Source: Haliotis cracherodii
Taxonomy: Eukaryota
Direction of reading: 5' to 3'
DNA length: 64,000 nucleotides
NCBI RefSeq assembly: GCF_022045235.1
Contig: NW_027266308.1
Coordinates: forward strand, 1,364,001 to 1,428,000
Below the pieces are notes generated by a model that saw only the letters and a list, made by a program, of their open reading frames with translations, ran no database searches and was not told where the DNA came from. Position numbers and translations under genes: made by a program. Below, one piece after another: positions 63,330-64,000 of the stretch; position 1 is the first letter of the stretch, and each line of letters opens with the position of its first letter.

Positions 63330-64000
63330 AACTGTTTTCTGATGTGTACCTCAGCATCTTTCGTTAAGAATCTCTCTTTTCAGTGTACCTTAGCGTCCCT
63401 GATAGATTATCTCTTTTCACTGATGTGTACCTGAGCGTCCCTGATAGGGTGTCTCTTTTTACTGTTTTTACTATGTTTTCTGATGTGTACCTTAGCGTCC
63501 CTGATAGATTATCTCTGTTTACTGTTTTTAATCTGTTTTCTGATGTGTACCTTAGCATCCCTGATAGATTATCTCTTTTTACTGTTTTTAATCTGTTTTC
63601 TGATGTGTACCTTGGCGTCCCTGATAGATTATCTCTTTTTACTGTTTTTAATCTGTTTTCTGATATGTACCTTAGCGTCCCTGATAGAGTGTCTCTTTTT
63701 ACTGTTTTTACTATGTTTTCTGATGTGTACCTTAGCGTCCCTGATAGATTATCTCTGTTTACTGTTTTTAATCTGTTTTCTGATGTGTACCTTAGCATCC
63801 CTGATAGATTATCTCTTTTTACTGTTTTTAATCTGTTTTCTGATGTGTACCTTGGCGTCCCTGATAGATTATCTCTTTTTACTGTTTTTAATCTGTTTTC
63901 TGATATGTACCTTAGCGTCCCTGATAGATTATCTCTTTTTACTGTTTTTAATCTGTTTTCTGATACGTACCTTGGCGTCCCTGATAGATTATCTCTTTTT
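63330..64000. repeat. 60-bp minisatellite running off the window end
   Basis: tgatgtgtaccttagcgtccctgatagattatctctttttactgtttttaatctgttttc. Confidence 0.96.

Overview
Eukaryotic (animal) genomic DNA with GT-AG introns and no prokaryotic features. The SINE families suggest a mollusc, probably an abalone-like gastropod; this is my recognition, not a search result. Three genes can be reconstructed by hand. (1) A TRIM gene on + (RING, two B-boxes, coiled coil, NHL-like repeats; 4469-7470) with a nonsense codon and a +1 frameshift just as the NHL region begins. (2) A secreted F-type lectin on - (10472 to about 18351) with three near-identical tandem domains, each with Ala at the canonical fucose-binding His. 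(3) The 3' part of RPAP1 on - (23 in-phase exons, 30732-63184, 1029 codons plus stop); its 5' end lies beyond the window. The rest is four SINE-like families, two Tc1 elements, several MITEs, a rearranged DIRS remnant, a Penelope-type inverted hammerhead-like insertion and many minisatellites. The most unusual pattern: at seven RPAP1 splice junctions, and at its stop codon, a different tandem repeat starts on the functional signal and each unit carries a copy of it, making arrays of decoy splice sites. All long repetitive ORFs in the ORF track are read-through of these repeats.
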